A stretch of DNA of 64,000 nucleotides from an uncultured delta proteobacterium (GTDB taxonomy: Bacteria > Myxococcota_A > Polyangia > Haliangiales > Haliangiaceae), in assembly GCA_963743525.1 (NCBI GenBank), contig CAVUQH010000003.1, positions 672,001 through 736,000 of the forward strand, given 5' to 3'. The notes beneath the pieces are model-generated. The model saw only the letters and a list, made by a program, of their open reading frames with translations. It was not told the origin of the DNA and ran no database searches. The translations under genes were made by a program, and so were the position numbers. Positions 1-14,479 of this stretch are shown here, in pieces (the first letter of the stretch is position 1; each line of letters opens with the position of its first letter).

Positions 1-30
1 CGCCGCGTGGCCGGCGGCGGAGGAGCACGC

Positions 31-1110
31 GTGAGCGAGTGCCCGCACAGCGAAGCGCTCGCCCGCGCCGCCCGCGCGCTGGCCGGCAAGGCGCCGATCG
101 AGCAGCGCTGCGCGCGCCTGGCCGAGCTGGCGTCCGAGGTGCTGGGCGGCAACGGCGCGGCGATCACCGACGCGTCCCGGCTGATCACGGCCACCGGCGA
201 GCTGGCCGGCCTCGATCCGTGCGACCCGATCTTCGAAGCCGCGCTGGCGGCAAACGAGCCGACCGCGTGGCCGGGCGAGCCGCCCGCGCTGGTCATCGCC
301 GCCATCGCCGGCAACGCTCGCCGCGGCGCGCTGGTGATCGCGCGCTCCGCCGCGGCGATGACCGACAACGATCGCCATCTGGCGTCGGCGCTGGCCGACG
401 TGCTCGGGCTGGCGCTGGCCCATGCCGCCGCCGAGGCGTCGCGCTCGGACTTCCGCCGGCACGCCATTGCCGCGCAGGAAGAGGAGCGGCGGCACATCGC
501 CCGCGAGCTGCACGACGGCGTCGGCCAGGCGCTGACCGCGTTGCTCGTCGGCGTGCGCACCCTCGATTCGCTGCTCCCCGACGAGTCCCTCGCCGCGCGC
601 GAGCTGGCCCGCCGGCTGGGTGCCACCGCCGTCGAAACCCTCGACGAGGTCGGGCGGCTGGCCCGCGGCCTGCGCCCCAGCGTGCTCGACGATGTCGGCC
701 TGGTCGCCGCGCTCGAGCGCCACATCTGCGATTTTTCCCGCACCCATGGGGTTCGCGCCCAGCTTCACACCACCGGCATGGTCGGCGGCGATCGCCTGCC
801 GCCCGAGGTGGAGACCACCATTTATCGCGTGGTCCAGGAGGCGCTGACCAACGTGGCCAAACACGCACGCGCGCGCAGTGCCTCGGTGATCGTCGAGCGG
901 CGCCCGGGTGTGGTGGCTGCCATCGTCGAGGATGACGGTCTGGGGATGCCGCGCGTCGTAGGGCGCGCCGTGGTCGGCGGGCGGTTGGGGTTGGTCGGCA
1001 TCGAAGAGCGCGTCGCCCTGCTGGGTGGGCAGGTCGAGGTCGAGTCGACGGCAAATCAGGGCACCACCATCTACGTCAAGATTCCACTGGCAGAGACGAA
1101 GGAGAGCTGA
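31..1110 (+). CDS. Sensor histidine kinase, HisKA_3 (NarX/UhpB-like)
   Basis: H-box IARELHDGVGQ, N-box QEALTNVAKHA, EDDGLG and LGLVGIEER. GTG at 31 follows GGAGGA and overlaps an upstream TGA (32-34). Confidence 0.9.
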   Translation: MSECPHSEALARAARALAGKAPIEQRCARLAELASEVLGGNGAAITDASRLITATGELAGLDPCDPIFEAALAANEPTAWPGEPPALVIAAIAGNARRGALVIARSAAAMTDNDRHLASALADVLGLALAHAAAEASRSDFRRHAIAAQEEERRHIARELHDGVGQALTALLVGVRTLDSLLPDESLAARELARRLGATAVETLDEVGRLARGLRPSVLDDVGLVAALERHICDFSRTHGVRAQLHTTGMVGGDRLPPEVETTIYRVVQEALTNVAKHARARSASVIVERRPGVVAAIVEDDGLGMPRVVGRAVVGGRLGLVGIEERVALLGGQVEVESTANQGTTIYVKIPLAETKES

Positions 1111-1113
1111 GTG

Positions 1114-1779
1114 ATGGGACGTATCCGGGTACTACTGGCTGACGATCACGCGATCTTGCGCTCGGGGGTGCGACTGCACCTGGCGAGCGAGCCCGACATC
1201 GACGTGGTCGCCGAGGCCGAAGACGGCGCACTGGCGGTAAAGCGCACGGCCGAGACCTTGCCAGACGTAGCGGTCCTGGACATCACCATGCCCGGCACCA
1301 GCGGCATCGAGGTGATCGACCGCGTGCGCCAGGTCAGCCCCAAGACCCGGGTCTTGATCCTGACCATGCACGACGACCCGGCCTATCTGCGCGCCGCGCT
1401 GGCGGCGGGCGCCGCCGGATACATGGTCAAGACCGGCGCCGACACCGAGCTGATGGCGGCGATTCGCGCGGTGCATCGCGGCCAGTCGTACGTGTCGGTG
1501 TCGCTGTCGGACTCGTCCCTCGACAAGGTGTTGGCCGAGCGCCAGCAGGGCGGGGAGGGCAACGTGGGCATCCTCAGCGAGCGCGAGCGCCAGGTGCTGA
1601 CCATGGTCGCCTACGGCCACACGTACAAGGAGATCGCCGACGAGCTCAACGTCAGCGTCAAGACCGTCGAGACCTACCGCACCCGCCTGGGCGAGAAGCT
1701 GGGGCTGCGCAGCCGAGTCGACCTGGTTCGCTACGCGCTGGAGAACGAGCTGCTGGTTCGCGAAGGAGTCGCCGAATGA
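1114..1779 (+). CDS. NarL/LuxR-family response regulator
   Basis: REC domain (LADDH, LDITMP) plus LuxR HTH LSERERQVL...KEIADELNVSVKTVETYR; adjacent to the kinase. Confidence 0.95.
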   Translation: MGRIRVLLADDHAILRSGVRLHLASEPDIDVVAEAEDGALAVKRTAETLPDVAVLDITMPGTSGIEVIDRVRQVSPKTRVLILTMHDDPAYLRAALAAGAAGYMVKTGADTELMAAIRAVHRGQSYVSVSLSDSSLDKVLAERQQGGEGNVGILSERERQVLTMVAYGHTYKEIADELNVSVKTVETYRTRLGEKLGLRSRVDLVRYALENELLVREGVAE

Positions 1780-2865
1780 GTGACGGCGCGCCCATGGTTC
1801 TGGCCATCGACGACTCGGCGATGGTGTTGGACCTGGTCGAGTCGCTGCTCGGCGAGGCGGGCTTCCGCGTCGGCCGCGCGGCCAGCGGCGCCGACGGCGT
1901 GCGCCTGGCCCGCGACCTGGAGCCGGACGTGATCCTGCTCGACGTGCAGATGCCCGACGCCGACGGCTGGGAGGTCTGCCGCACGCTCAAGGGCGACCCG
2001 GCGACGGCGCCGATCCCGGTGTTGTTCATGACCGGCGAGCGAACCGGGCCGGAAGACGTGGTTCGCGGTCTGGAGCTCGGCGCCGTCGACTACATCACCA
2101 AGCCGTTCCACGCCCGGGTGCTGGTGCAGCGCGTGACCACTGCGCTGCACGGCTACCAGGTGCAGCGGGAGCTGCGCCGGCTGGCCGACGCCCGCGCCGA
2201 AGCGCTGGCGGCGCTGGCCAACGCCCAGCTCCACGGCAGCGAGGCACAGCGGCGGATGGGCGGCGCCCGCGCCGCGGCTCGGGCTACGGTCGATATCGTC
2301 AGCGCGCTGTCGGAGGCTCGCGCCCGGCTCGAGCTGGCGCGCGCGCGTGCCGCCGCACCGGGCGTGACCGAGCTGATCGACGAGGCGCTGGCCGACGTCG
2401 CCGCGGCCACCCGGCTGCTCGACCGGCTGCGCGAGGTCGGCGAGGACCGCGAGGCGACCAGCTCGGTCACGGACATCGCCCGCGCGGTGCTGGTGCCGAT
2501 GGCCGACACTCTGCGCAAGCGCGGCGTCGAGGTGGCGATGGACCTGGACGACACCCCGCCGGTGCGCGACGCCGCGCGCCTGGCGCCGGTGGTCAGTGAG
2601 CTGGTGGCCAACGCCGCTCGCGCCATCGACGGCGCTGGCCGGGTCGAGGTGTTCGACTCGGGCGGAGGGCGGATGGATCCTGCTCGAGGTCACCGACGAC
2701 GGTCCCGGGCTGGGACCGGAGGCGGCTTCGCGGGAGGTGACTCCCGAGGCCCTTGGCCTGCCGATGTGCCGGGCGATCGTCGAGAGTCTCGGCGGCGCGA
2801 TGGCGATCGCGACGGGTGGCGACCGCGGGACTCGGGTCCGCGTTCGGGTGCCCGCGCGGCGCTGA
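1776..2865 (+). CDS. REC domain plus degenerate kinase/HATPase-like module; +1 frameshift at ~2652
   Basis: REC (IDDS, LLDVQMP, DYITKPF). ELVANAARA lies in one frame and LEVTDDGPGL...LGLPMCRAIVESLGG continues in the next frame to TGA 2865. Confidence 0.75.
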
Positions 2866-2888
2866 GCGCAGGGGCTGAGCGCGGGTAG

Positions 2889-3359
<471 letters not shown>

Positions 3360-3469
3360 TGATCAGGGGAGGGGGAGTCGGCGACTCTCCCCCCCATGCG
3401 TCCGGAAACGATCACCTGATCGGGGTTGTAAGGGGTTGAAATGGCAGTAATTCGAACGTTCGGTGAGGT

Positions 3470-3485
3470 CGGTACAGGTATTGCG
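3470..3485 (+). promoter_or_regulatory. Putative sigma-54 promoter
   Basis: CGGTACAGGTATTGCG gives GG-N10-GC with TTGC, just upstream of ATG 3498. Confidence 0.45.
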
Positions 3486-3497
3486 ATGTAGGTGGGC

Positions 3498-4760
3498 ATG
3501 CGTGCCCGCCTCGACTCCTTCCTCTCCCTCCTCCCCGCTCTGGTAGTCGCCGGCTGCATGGTCGGCGACTACCCTCCCGTCCCCCGCGCCGGCGATACCG
3601 ATCCGGCCGCCTGCGAGGCTCCGATGCCGCCGCAGGATCCTTCTATCTTCGAGGCCTGCTGTCAGGACTACGGCGGTGGTGCGCACTGCGTGCCCGACGG
3701 TCTGGTCCCCGGTGATGTCCGCGGTCTGCTGGCCAGCTGTGATGGCGGCGGGCTGTGCGTTCCCGACCCGTTCATCGAGAGCGGCGGTGCGGTGGCGCCG
3801 CGGGAGTGCAACTCGATCAATGGCGCCGGCCGGTGCATGTCGGTCTGCGTGCCGCAGGTGCAGCAGTACCTGGACATCCTGACCCAGGACGTCTGCGATG
3901 ACGGCGAGCGCTGCGCGCCGTGCGTCAACCCGCTGACCAACGAGTTGACCGGCGCCTGCGAGGTGGCGACCTGTGGCGACGACGGCAGCAAGGATCCGAT
4001 CACCTGTCCGTACCAGGGGCCGGCGCTGATCGACCCATCGGCTTATCCGTCGTGCCCGGCGTGCACGGCGGGCGGCGCCCACTGTCTGCCGACGGCGCTG
4101 GTGCCGGGCGAGTTCGCCAACCGGCTGGCCTCGTGCGACGCCTCGTCGCTGTGTGTGCCCGACGACTTCATCGCTTCGATGGGCAAGTCGGTGGCGCAGA
4201 GCTGCGCGTCGGTCGGCGGCGCCGAGGGCCGCTGCCTGTCACCGTGTCTGCCCGAGGTCGCGGATCAGGCGGATCGCCTGCCGCAGTCCAGCTGCAACGC
4301 CAGTCAGGTGTGCGTGCCGTGCACGGATCCGCTGACCGGTCAGGAGACTGGCGCATGCGGGCTGACGTGTGATGCCGGCCCGACCCAGCCGCCGATGCTG
4401 TTTCCCGACTGCTGCAGCAATCGCGGCAAGTGCGTGCCCACGTCGCTGGCCGGTGCCGACGCCAGCAAGCTGGGCCAGGATGTCTGCCCTGACGGACAGG
4501 ACTACGTCTGCGCCCCGACGGTGATGATCGAGGGCGACTACGTCGCGCAGTCGTGCTCGGCCACCGGCGTGTCGCTGATCTTCGGCAGCAAATACAAGCC
4601 GGGCGCGTGCATGCCCGACTGCCTGCCCGACGTGCAGAACCCGCTGCTGGGCAAGAACGGCTGCGACGACGGCTACAAGTGTGCGCCCTGCTACGACCCG
4701 CTCACGGGCAACCCCAGCGGCGCGTGTGACTACCTGCCCCCGGCCCAGCGGCCGTACTAG
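3498..4760 (+). CDS. Cys-rich lipoprotein with three ~110-aa internal repeats
   Basis: Lipobox VVAG-C. Recurring GGAHCxP...LASCD..LCVPD.FI and C.PC.(N/D)PLT...GAC motifs. Confidence 0.8.
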   Translation: MRARLDSFLSLLPALVVAGCMVGDYPPVPRAGDTDPAACEAPMPPQDPSIFEACCQDYGGGAHCVPDGLVPGDVRGLLASCDGGGLCVPDPFIESGGAVAPRECNSINGAGRCMSVCVPQVQQYLDILTQDVCDDGERCAPCVNPLTNELTGACEVATCGDDGSKDPITCPYQGPALIDPSAYPSCPACTAGGAHCLPTALVPGEFANRLASCDASSLCVPDDFIASMGKSVAQSCASVGGAEGRCLSPCLPEVADQADRLPQSSCNASQVCVPCTDPLTGQETGACGLTCDAGPTQPPMLFPDCCSNRGKCVPTSLAGADASKLGQDVCPDGQDYVCAPTVMIEGDYVAQSCSATGVSLIFGSKYKPGACMPDCLPDVQNPLLGKNGCDDGYKCAPCYDPLTGNPSGACDYLPPAQRPY

Positions 4761-6281
4761 GTGATGACGATGGCGAGCAAAGGTTTCCCGACGATGGTCG
4801 TCGGTTTCGCTGCGCTGGCCCTGGCCGCCGGTCCGTCGTGGGCCGGCGGTCAGTACGCTGGCGACAACGGCTCGCTGGCCGCTCAGCGGGCCGGCGCGTT
4901 CACCGCCCGCGCGGACGATCCGACCGCTCTCTACTACAACCCGGCGGCGCTGTTCCGCGTCGGCAGTCACCGCCAGGTGTTCCTCGGCGTCAACCTGGTG
5001 TCGTTCGACCAGTCGTTCCAGCGCGACGGCAGCTACCGTCACGACAGCAACGGCGACGACCCCGCCTACGCCGGCGATCCGTACCCGACGGTGCACAACG
5101 ACGGCCCGGTGCAGCCGGTGCCGTTCGTCGCCGCCGCCTTTACCACCGGCAAGCTGGCGCTGGCCCTCGGCGTCTTCGCCCCTCACGGCTACGGCATGCG
5201 CAACTATCCGGACACCGTGCGCACCGTCTCCGGTGCCCAGGCGCCGGCGCCCCAGCGCTACGACATCGTCAACCAGCAGGGCGTGATCGCGCTGCCGTCG
5301 GTCGGCGTCGCCTATCCAATCCAGGACGGCGTCACCATCGGCGCCCGCGCCAGCTACGGCTTTGCCCACCTTTCGACCCGCCGTTTCGCCCAGGGGCTGC
5401 CCAACCGCGCCGAGCTGTCCGACCGCGACACCGACGCGACCATCGACGTGTCGGACAACAAGATCATCACCTGGGGCGCCGGCCTCCACGTCCACACCTC
5501 GCCCGACTGGGAGCTGGGCGCCAGCTACAGTGCGCCGATCGAGATCCACGCCCGCGGCACCGCCGACGTCGAGCTCGGCGATCTGTTGCGCAACATCATG
5601 CCCGGGCAAGAGACGCAGATCGTCCCGGTCCCCGACTCCATGGCCCAGTGCGCGCCCGGCGGCGCGGTCGGCGCGATCAAGACCTGCCTCGACATGGCGC
5701 TGCCGCAGACCGCCCAGGCCGGCATTCGCTGGATCAATCGCGACGACCGCGGCCGCGAGCTGGGCGACCTCGAGATCGACGTCCGCTGGGAGAACTGGTC
5801 CGCCGTCGACAGGATCGTCGCGGTCATGGACGGCGAGAACAGCACCGTCGCCCAGCCGGTCAACCCGTCCGACGTACGCCACGGGTTCGAAGACGTCTAC
5901 TCGGCGCGCCTCGGCGGCAGCCGGGTCTTCGGCGACCAGCGCCAGTACATGGCCAGCTTTGGCCTCGGCTACGAGACCGCCGCCGCGCCGACCAGCTGGA
6001 CCCGCCTCGACGTCGACACCGCGCCCCGCTTCTCCGCCTCCGCCGGCCTCAGCGTCGACGTCGGCAGCTTCCGCCTCGACGCCGGCGCCGCCATCGTCGA
6101 CCCCGCCGACCGCCACGTCTACGACACGCCCGTTGACCAATCCAGCGCCACCGCCCGCGTCCAACCCGACGTCCCGGTCCCCCTCCAGCCCGCCGACGCG
6201 CAGCCCTACCACCCGTTCAACGCCGGCTCCTACGCCACCCGTTACCTCATCGCCACCTTCGGCCTAACCGCCACCTGGTAG
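4761..6281 (+). CDS. FadL/OmpP1-like outer-membrane beta-barrel transporter
   Basis: Signal peptide, hatch motif ARADDPTALYYNPAAL, WENWS motif, C-terminal aromatic (TATW). Confidence 0.8.
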   Translation: MMTMASKGFPTMVVGFAALALAAGPSWAGGQYAGDNGSLAAQRAGAFTARADDPTALYYNPAALFRVGSHRQVFLGVNLVSFDQSFQRDGSYRHDSNGDDPAYAGDPYPTVHNDGPVQPVPFVAAAFTTGKLALALGVFAPHGYGMRNYPDTVRTVSGAQAPAPQRYDIVNQQGVIALPSVGVAYPIQDGVTIGARASYGFAHLSTRRFAQGLPNRAELSDRDTDATIDVSDNKIITWGAGLHVHTSPDWELGASYSAPIEIHARGTADVELGDLLRNIMPGQETQIVPVPDSMAQCAPGGAVGAIKTCLDMALPQTAQAGIRWINRDDRGRELGDLEIDVRWENWSAVDRIVAVMDGENSTVAQPVNPSDVRHGFEDVYSARLGGSRVFGDQRQYMASFGLGYETAAAPTSWTRLDVDTAPRFSASAGLSVDVGSFRLDAGAAIVDPADRHVYDTPVDQSSATARVQPDVPVPLQPADAQPYHPFNAGSYATRYLIATFGLTATW

Positions 6282-6406
6282 GGGACGCTCGTTAGTTTTT
6301 CACTTTTTTCCCCCGCAATTCCCGCTGCCTAACCGACCCCCTGTCGCACCCCGGCCGCCGGGGCAGGGCTCGCCGCTCGCCGGTCGACGGTCTATAGTCC
6401 GAGGCA

Positions 6407-7504
6407 GTGGTCTCGCAGGAAAAGCTCGAGCTGCAGCTCGTCGCGCCGACGGTCAAGCCGCACCTGTCGGTCGCGCGCATGACCGACTACTGGTACGTGG
6501 CCTGCCGCTCGCGCGACCTGCGGGTCAAGAAACCGCTGCGGGTGGTCATCCTCGGCATCCCGATGGTGCTGTTCCGCACCGAGTCGGGCGAGGTCGGCGC
6601 GCTGCTCGACCGCTGCCCGCACCGCAACGTGCCGCTGTCGCAAGGCCACGTGGTCGGCGAGAGCCTGCAGTGCTCGTATCACGGCTGGGAGTTCGCCACC
6701 GGCGGCGACTGCACCCGCATCCCCGGCCTGTGCGGCGCCTTCGACGGCAGCGACCGCGGCGCCGTCGCCTACCCGGCGCGCGACCAGCAGGGCTTCATCT
6801 GGGTCTACGCCAACGCCGAGCGCGATCCCGACAGCGAGCCGTTCCAGCTGCCGCTGCTCGACGACCGCCGCTACACCCACGCCCGCCGCCGCGCCGAGGC
6901 CGACGGCACGCTGCACGCGACCATCGAGAACGCCCTCGACGTGCCGCACACCTCGTATCTGCACAAGGGGTTGTTCCGCGGCACCGGCACTCGCAACGAC
7001 ATCACCGCCGTCGTCCGCCGGTGGAACGACCGCTGCGAGGCCGAGTACGTGGGCGAGCCGCGGCCCAAGGGGTTGGCCGCGCGCCTCCTGGCGCCCAAGG
7101 GCGGCGAGGTCGTCCACTTCGATCGCTTCTTCTTGCCCGGCATCGCCCAGGTCGACTATGCCCTCGGCGACACCACCCACTTCGTCGTCACCTCGCTGTG
7201 CACGCCGGTGACCGACTTCCACACCAAGCTGTACGCGGTGGTCAGCTTTCGCCTGCGCTTCATCCCCGGCTGGCTGGTCAAGCTGTTCATGGAGCCGATC
7301 GGTCGCAAGATCTTCGCCCAGGATGCGCACATGCTGGCGCTGCAGTCGGCGACCATCCAGGAGTTCGGCGGCGAGCAGTTCGTGTCGACCGAGATCGACA
7401 TCCTCGGCGGACACATCTGGCGCCTGATGAAGGCGGCCGAGCGCGGCGACGCGACGCCCAACGACGATGCGCCGGTCGAGAAGCGCGTCAAGATGAACGT
7501 ATAG
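6407..7504 (+). CDS. Rieske non-heme iron oxygenase (VanA-like)
   Basis: Rieske ligands DRCPHR...CSYHGW; mononuclear Fe motif ENALDVPHTSYLH. Confidence 0.9.
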   Translation: MVSQEKLELQLVAPTVKPHLSVARMTDYWYVACRSRDLRVKKPLRVVILGIPMVLFRTESGEVGALLDRCPHRNVPLSQGHVVGESLQCSYHGWEFATGGDCTRIPGLCGAFDGSDRGAVAYPARDQQGFIWVYANAERDPDSEPFQLPLLDDRRYTHARRRAEADGTLHATIENALDVPHTSYLHKGLFRGTGTRNDITAVVRRWNDRCEAEYVGEPRPKGLAARLLAPKGGEVVHFDRFFLPGIAQVDYALGDTTHFVVTSLCTPVTDFHTKLYAVVSFRLRFIPGWLVKLFMEPIGRKIFAQDAHMLALQSATIQEFGGEQFVSTEIDILGGHIWRLMKAAERGDATPNDDAPVEKRVKMNV

Positions 7505-7509
7505 GCCGG

Positions 7510-9588
<2,079 letters not shown>

Positions 9589-9629
9589 CCTGGTGATGAC
9601 TCGGCCGTGCGACCCGGTGCTTTAGCTGG

Positions 9630-11759
<2,130 letters not shown>

Positions 11760-11766
11760 CGGGCCG

Positions 11767-11774
11767 AGTATACT
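11767..11774. promoter_or_regulatory. Palindromic bidirectional -10 element AGTATACT
   Basis: TATACT on both strands, 6 and 7 nt from the divergent ATGs at 11781 and 11759. Confidence 0.6.
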
Positions 11775-11780
11775 TCTTCG

Positions 11781-12224
11781 ATGGCCACGCCGAACGCCGA
11801 GCTGGTGACCGCTTTGCGCAACACCGCTGCACGCCTGCGCACGGACGTTTCCTACCAGTGGGGGCACATGGGCATGTGCAACTGCGGGCACCTGGCGCAG
11901 ACGATCACCCACCTCGGCAGGGCCGAGATCCACCGTTCGGCGATGGAGCGAGAGGGCGACTGGGAGCAGCAGGCGATCGACTACTGCCCGACCAGCGGCT
12001 ATCGCATCGACGACATCATCGAGGCGCTGATGGAGCTGGGCATGACCCGCCAGGACATCGGCGACCTGGAGAAGCTGCGCGCCGCCGAGGTGCTGGCGCG
12101 CTTGCCCGCCGAGCGCCGCCACCTGGCGCGCAACCGCCGCGACGACGTCATCCTGTACATGGAGACGTGGGCCGACCTGCTCGACCAGCAGGTCGCGCGG
12201 CAGCGCGCGCCCGAGGCGGCGTAG
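11781..12224 (+). CDS. Hypothetical protein with Cys/His motif
   Basis: C-terminal part of ORF 9699..12224 with typical codon usage; YQWGHMGMCNCGHLAQ motif. Confidence 0.75.
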   Translation: MATPNAELVTALRNTAARLRTDVSYQWGHMGMCNCGHLAQTITHLGRAEIHRSAMEREGDWEQQAIDYCPTSGYRIDDIIEALMELGMTRQDIGDLEKLRAAEVLARLPAERRHLARNRRDDVILYMETWADLLDQQVARQRAPEAA

Positions 12225-12233
12225 TCGCGCCGG

Positions 12234-12884
12234 CTACGCCTTCGCGATCGTGATGTTGAAGTCGGCGTTGCCGATGGCGCCCCACAGCCGCAGCCACAAC
12301 AGCAGGTAGGCCTCGGTGCCGCGGGCGGTGGAGATGTCGCCGAGATCCAGCACCTGCTTCCAGCCGAACCCCTCGGTGAGCAGCGACGTCACGCGGCTCT
12401 TGGCGCCGGCGTCGTTGCCCGACACGAACACCACGTGGTCGCCGGGGACCTTGCCCGGGTTGACCATCAGCTGACAGTTGATGGTGTTGAGCGTCTTGAC
12501 CACGTGCGTGTCGGGGTAGGCGCGCTGGATCTGCTCGCCCAGGGAGTCGTCGCCGCTGACGAACAGCGACGGTGGCATGCCCTTGGAGAAGTCGAGCGGG
12601 TTGGCCACGTCAACCAGGATCTTGCCGCGCAGGTTGTCGGCCCCGGCAGCGGCCAGCGCCTCCAGCGAACCGGCGCCGGCGGTGCAGTTGAACACCAGCT
12701 CGCCGAAAGCGGCGGCGTCGGCGTAGGTGCCGTTCGACGCGCGCTCGCCCGCGGCGCCGGACCACTCGCTGGCCTTGGGGTTGTCGGCCGTGCGCGAGCC
12801 CATCGTCACCTCGTGTCCCAGCGCGACCAGCTTGCCCGCGATCGCCTGGCCCACCATTCCCGTTCCCAAGACTCCAATCTTCAT
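12234..12884 (-). CDS. NADPH-dependent F420 reductase-like dinucleotide-binding oxidoreductase
   Basis: [12 protein letters not shown]ossmann motif, DVANPL, VVKTLNT, DLG. Confidence 0.88.
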   Translation of the reverse strand: MKIGVLGTGMVGQAIAGKLVALGHEVTMGSRTADNPKASEWSGAAGERASNGTYADAAAFGELVFNCTAGAGSLEALAAAGADNLRGKILVDVANPLDFSKGMPPSLFVSGDDSLGEQIQRAYPDTHVVKTLNTINCQLMVNPGKVPGDHVVFVSGNDAGAKSRVTSLLTEGFGWKQVLDLGDISTARGTEAYLLLWLRLWGAIGNADFNITIAKA

Positions 12885-12994
12885 CGCTCCGTTCCTTTCG
12901 TTGGGGGTCGCTGTCGAAAGCACTCTATTGCCAAACCTGGCGCGCGTCATCGCCTCTTTCGTTGCATTACTGTTAACTAGAAGTTGATAATCAG

Positions 12995-13870
12995 GTGGTG
13001 ACCGATCTGTTTGCCGGGGTTCTTCCCTTTGCGTGCGTCGCCGAGGACAAGAGCTTCCGCCGCGCCGCCGAGCGGCTGGGCGTTACCGCCGCCGCCGTCA
13101 GCAAGGCCGTCAGCCGGCTCGAAGAGGAGCTCGGCGTGCGCCTGCTCAACCGCACCACTCGGCGCGTGACTCTCAGCCGCGAAGGCGAGCTCTACCTCGC
13201 GCGCTGCCGCGAGGCGATCGCCCAGGTGCGCGCCGGCCGCGATCTGGTGGCGATGGCCGGGACGGTTGCGCGCGGGCCGCTCGAGGTGTCCCTGTCTCCG
13301 GCCCTCGGTCCCTATCTGGTAACGCGTCTGCCGGCGTTTCTCGCCCGCTATCCCGGCATCGAGGTCAACCTCCATCTCACCGATCGACTCACCCGTCTGG
13401 TCGACGAGCGGATCGACGTCGCCATCCGCATCGGCGATCTGCCCGACTCGACCCTGGTGTCGCGCCTGCTCTTGCGCCCGCGCTGGGCGACCGTCGCGTC
13501 GCCGGCCTACCTGGCGCAGCGAGGCGTCCCCGCCAGCCCCGACGATCTCGACAGCCACAGCTGCCTGGCCTTTCGCTCGCCGCGCGGTCGCGTCGTGCCG
13601 TGGACCTTCATCGATCGTCCGCCCTATCAGCCGACCGGCAACCTGATCGTCAACACCGGCAGCCTGTTGGTCAACGCCGCCATCGCCGGCGCCGGCCTGT
13701 GCCAGACGTTGGACGCGCTGGTCGAGGACGCCGTCCGCGAGGGCAGGCTCGTCGAGGTCCTGGGCGACTGCGCCGCCGCGGGGCCGCCCATCCACGCCCT
13801 CTGCCTCCCCGGACAACAGCGAACTCCCCGAATTCGCTCGTTTCTTGACCATCTTGCGGGCATTGGTTGA
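12995..13870 (+). CDS. LysR-family transcriptional regulator
   Basis: [10 protein letters not shown]...[16 protein letters not shown]; divergent from the oxidoreductase across an AT-rich spacer. Confidence 0.95.
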   Translation: MVTDLFAGVLPFACVAEDKSFRRAAERLGVTAAAVSKAVSRLEEELGVRLLNRTTRRVTLSREGELYLARCREAIAQVRAGRDLVAMAGTVARGPLEVSLSPALGPYLVTRLPAFLARYPGIEVNLHLTDRLTRLVDERIDVAIRIGDLPDSTLVSRLLLRPRWATVASPAYLAQRGVPASPDDLDSHSCLAFRSPRGRVVPWTFIDRPPYQPTGNLIVNTGSLLVNAAIAGAGLCQTLDALVEDAVREGRLVEVLGDCAAAGPPIHALCLPGQQRTPRIRSFLDHLAGIG

Positions 13871-13895
13871 CGCTGTAAATTTTATGGCGTAAATC
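13867..13895 (+). promoter_or_regulatory. Sigma70-like promoter overlapped by inverted repeat (likely TetR operator)
   Basis: TTGACG-N17-TAAATC; imperfect palindrome ACGCTGTAAA-T-TTTATGGCGT at 13870-13890. Confidence 0.55.
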
Positions 13896-13903
13896 ATTGG
13901 TGA

Positions 13904-14479
13904 ATGGCCAGGGCGGCGCTCACCAGTGAGGAGATCGAGGCGTTTCGCCAGCGCGCGGTCGCGGCGGCGACGCACCTGTTCGCCGAGCAGGGCTTCGAAG
14001 GGGTGAGCATGCGCGCGGTGGCGGCGGCGCTGGGCTGCAGCGCGATGACGCCGTACCGCTACTTCCGCAACAAGGAGGCGCTGTTCGCCGCGGTGCGCAC
14101 CGCGGGCTACGGACGCTTCAGCGATCGGCAGGAGGCCGCCGCGGTCGCCGACGATCCGCGCGAGCGATTGCGCGCGCTGGGGCAGGCGTACGTGCAGTTC
14201 GCCATCGACGAGCCCGAGGCGTACCGCATCATGTTCCACTTTCACCAGGGATCGACCGAGCCGTACCCGGAGCTCGAGGCGGCGCAGCGGCGCGCGTTCT
14301 CGTTCCTCCGCGACACCGCCGAGCGCGGCGTGGCGGCGGGCATCTGGTCGGGCGATCCACTGACCGTGGCGCACCTGTTCTGGGCTCGCGTGCACGGACT
14401 GGTGTCACTCCACCTGGCGGGCAAGCTGATGATGGGCCGCTCGCTGGATCAGTTGATGCAAATGGTGAGGCAACCATGA
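13904..14479 (+). CDS. TetR/AcrR-family regulator
   Basis: HTH GFEGVSMRAVAAALG...PYRYFRNKEAL; C-terminal WARVHGLVSL. Confidence 0.93.
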   Translation: MARAALTSEEIEAFRQRAVAAATHLFAEQGFEGVSMRAVAAALGCSAMTPYRYFRNKEALFAAVRTAGYGRFSDRQEAAAVADDPRERLRALGQAYVQFAIDEPEAYRIMFHFHQGSTEPYPELEAAQRRAFSFLRDTAERGVAAGIWSGDPLTVAHLFWARVHGLVSLHLAGKLMMGRSLDQLMQMVRQP

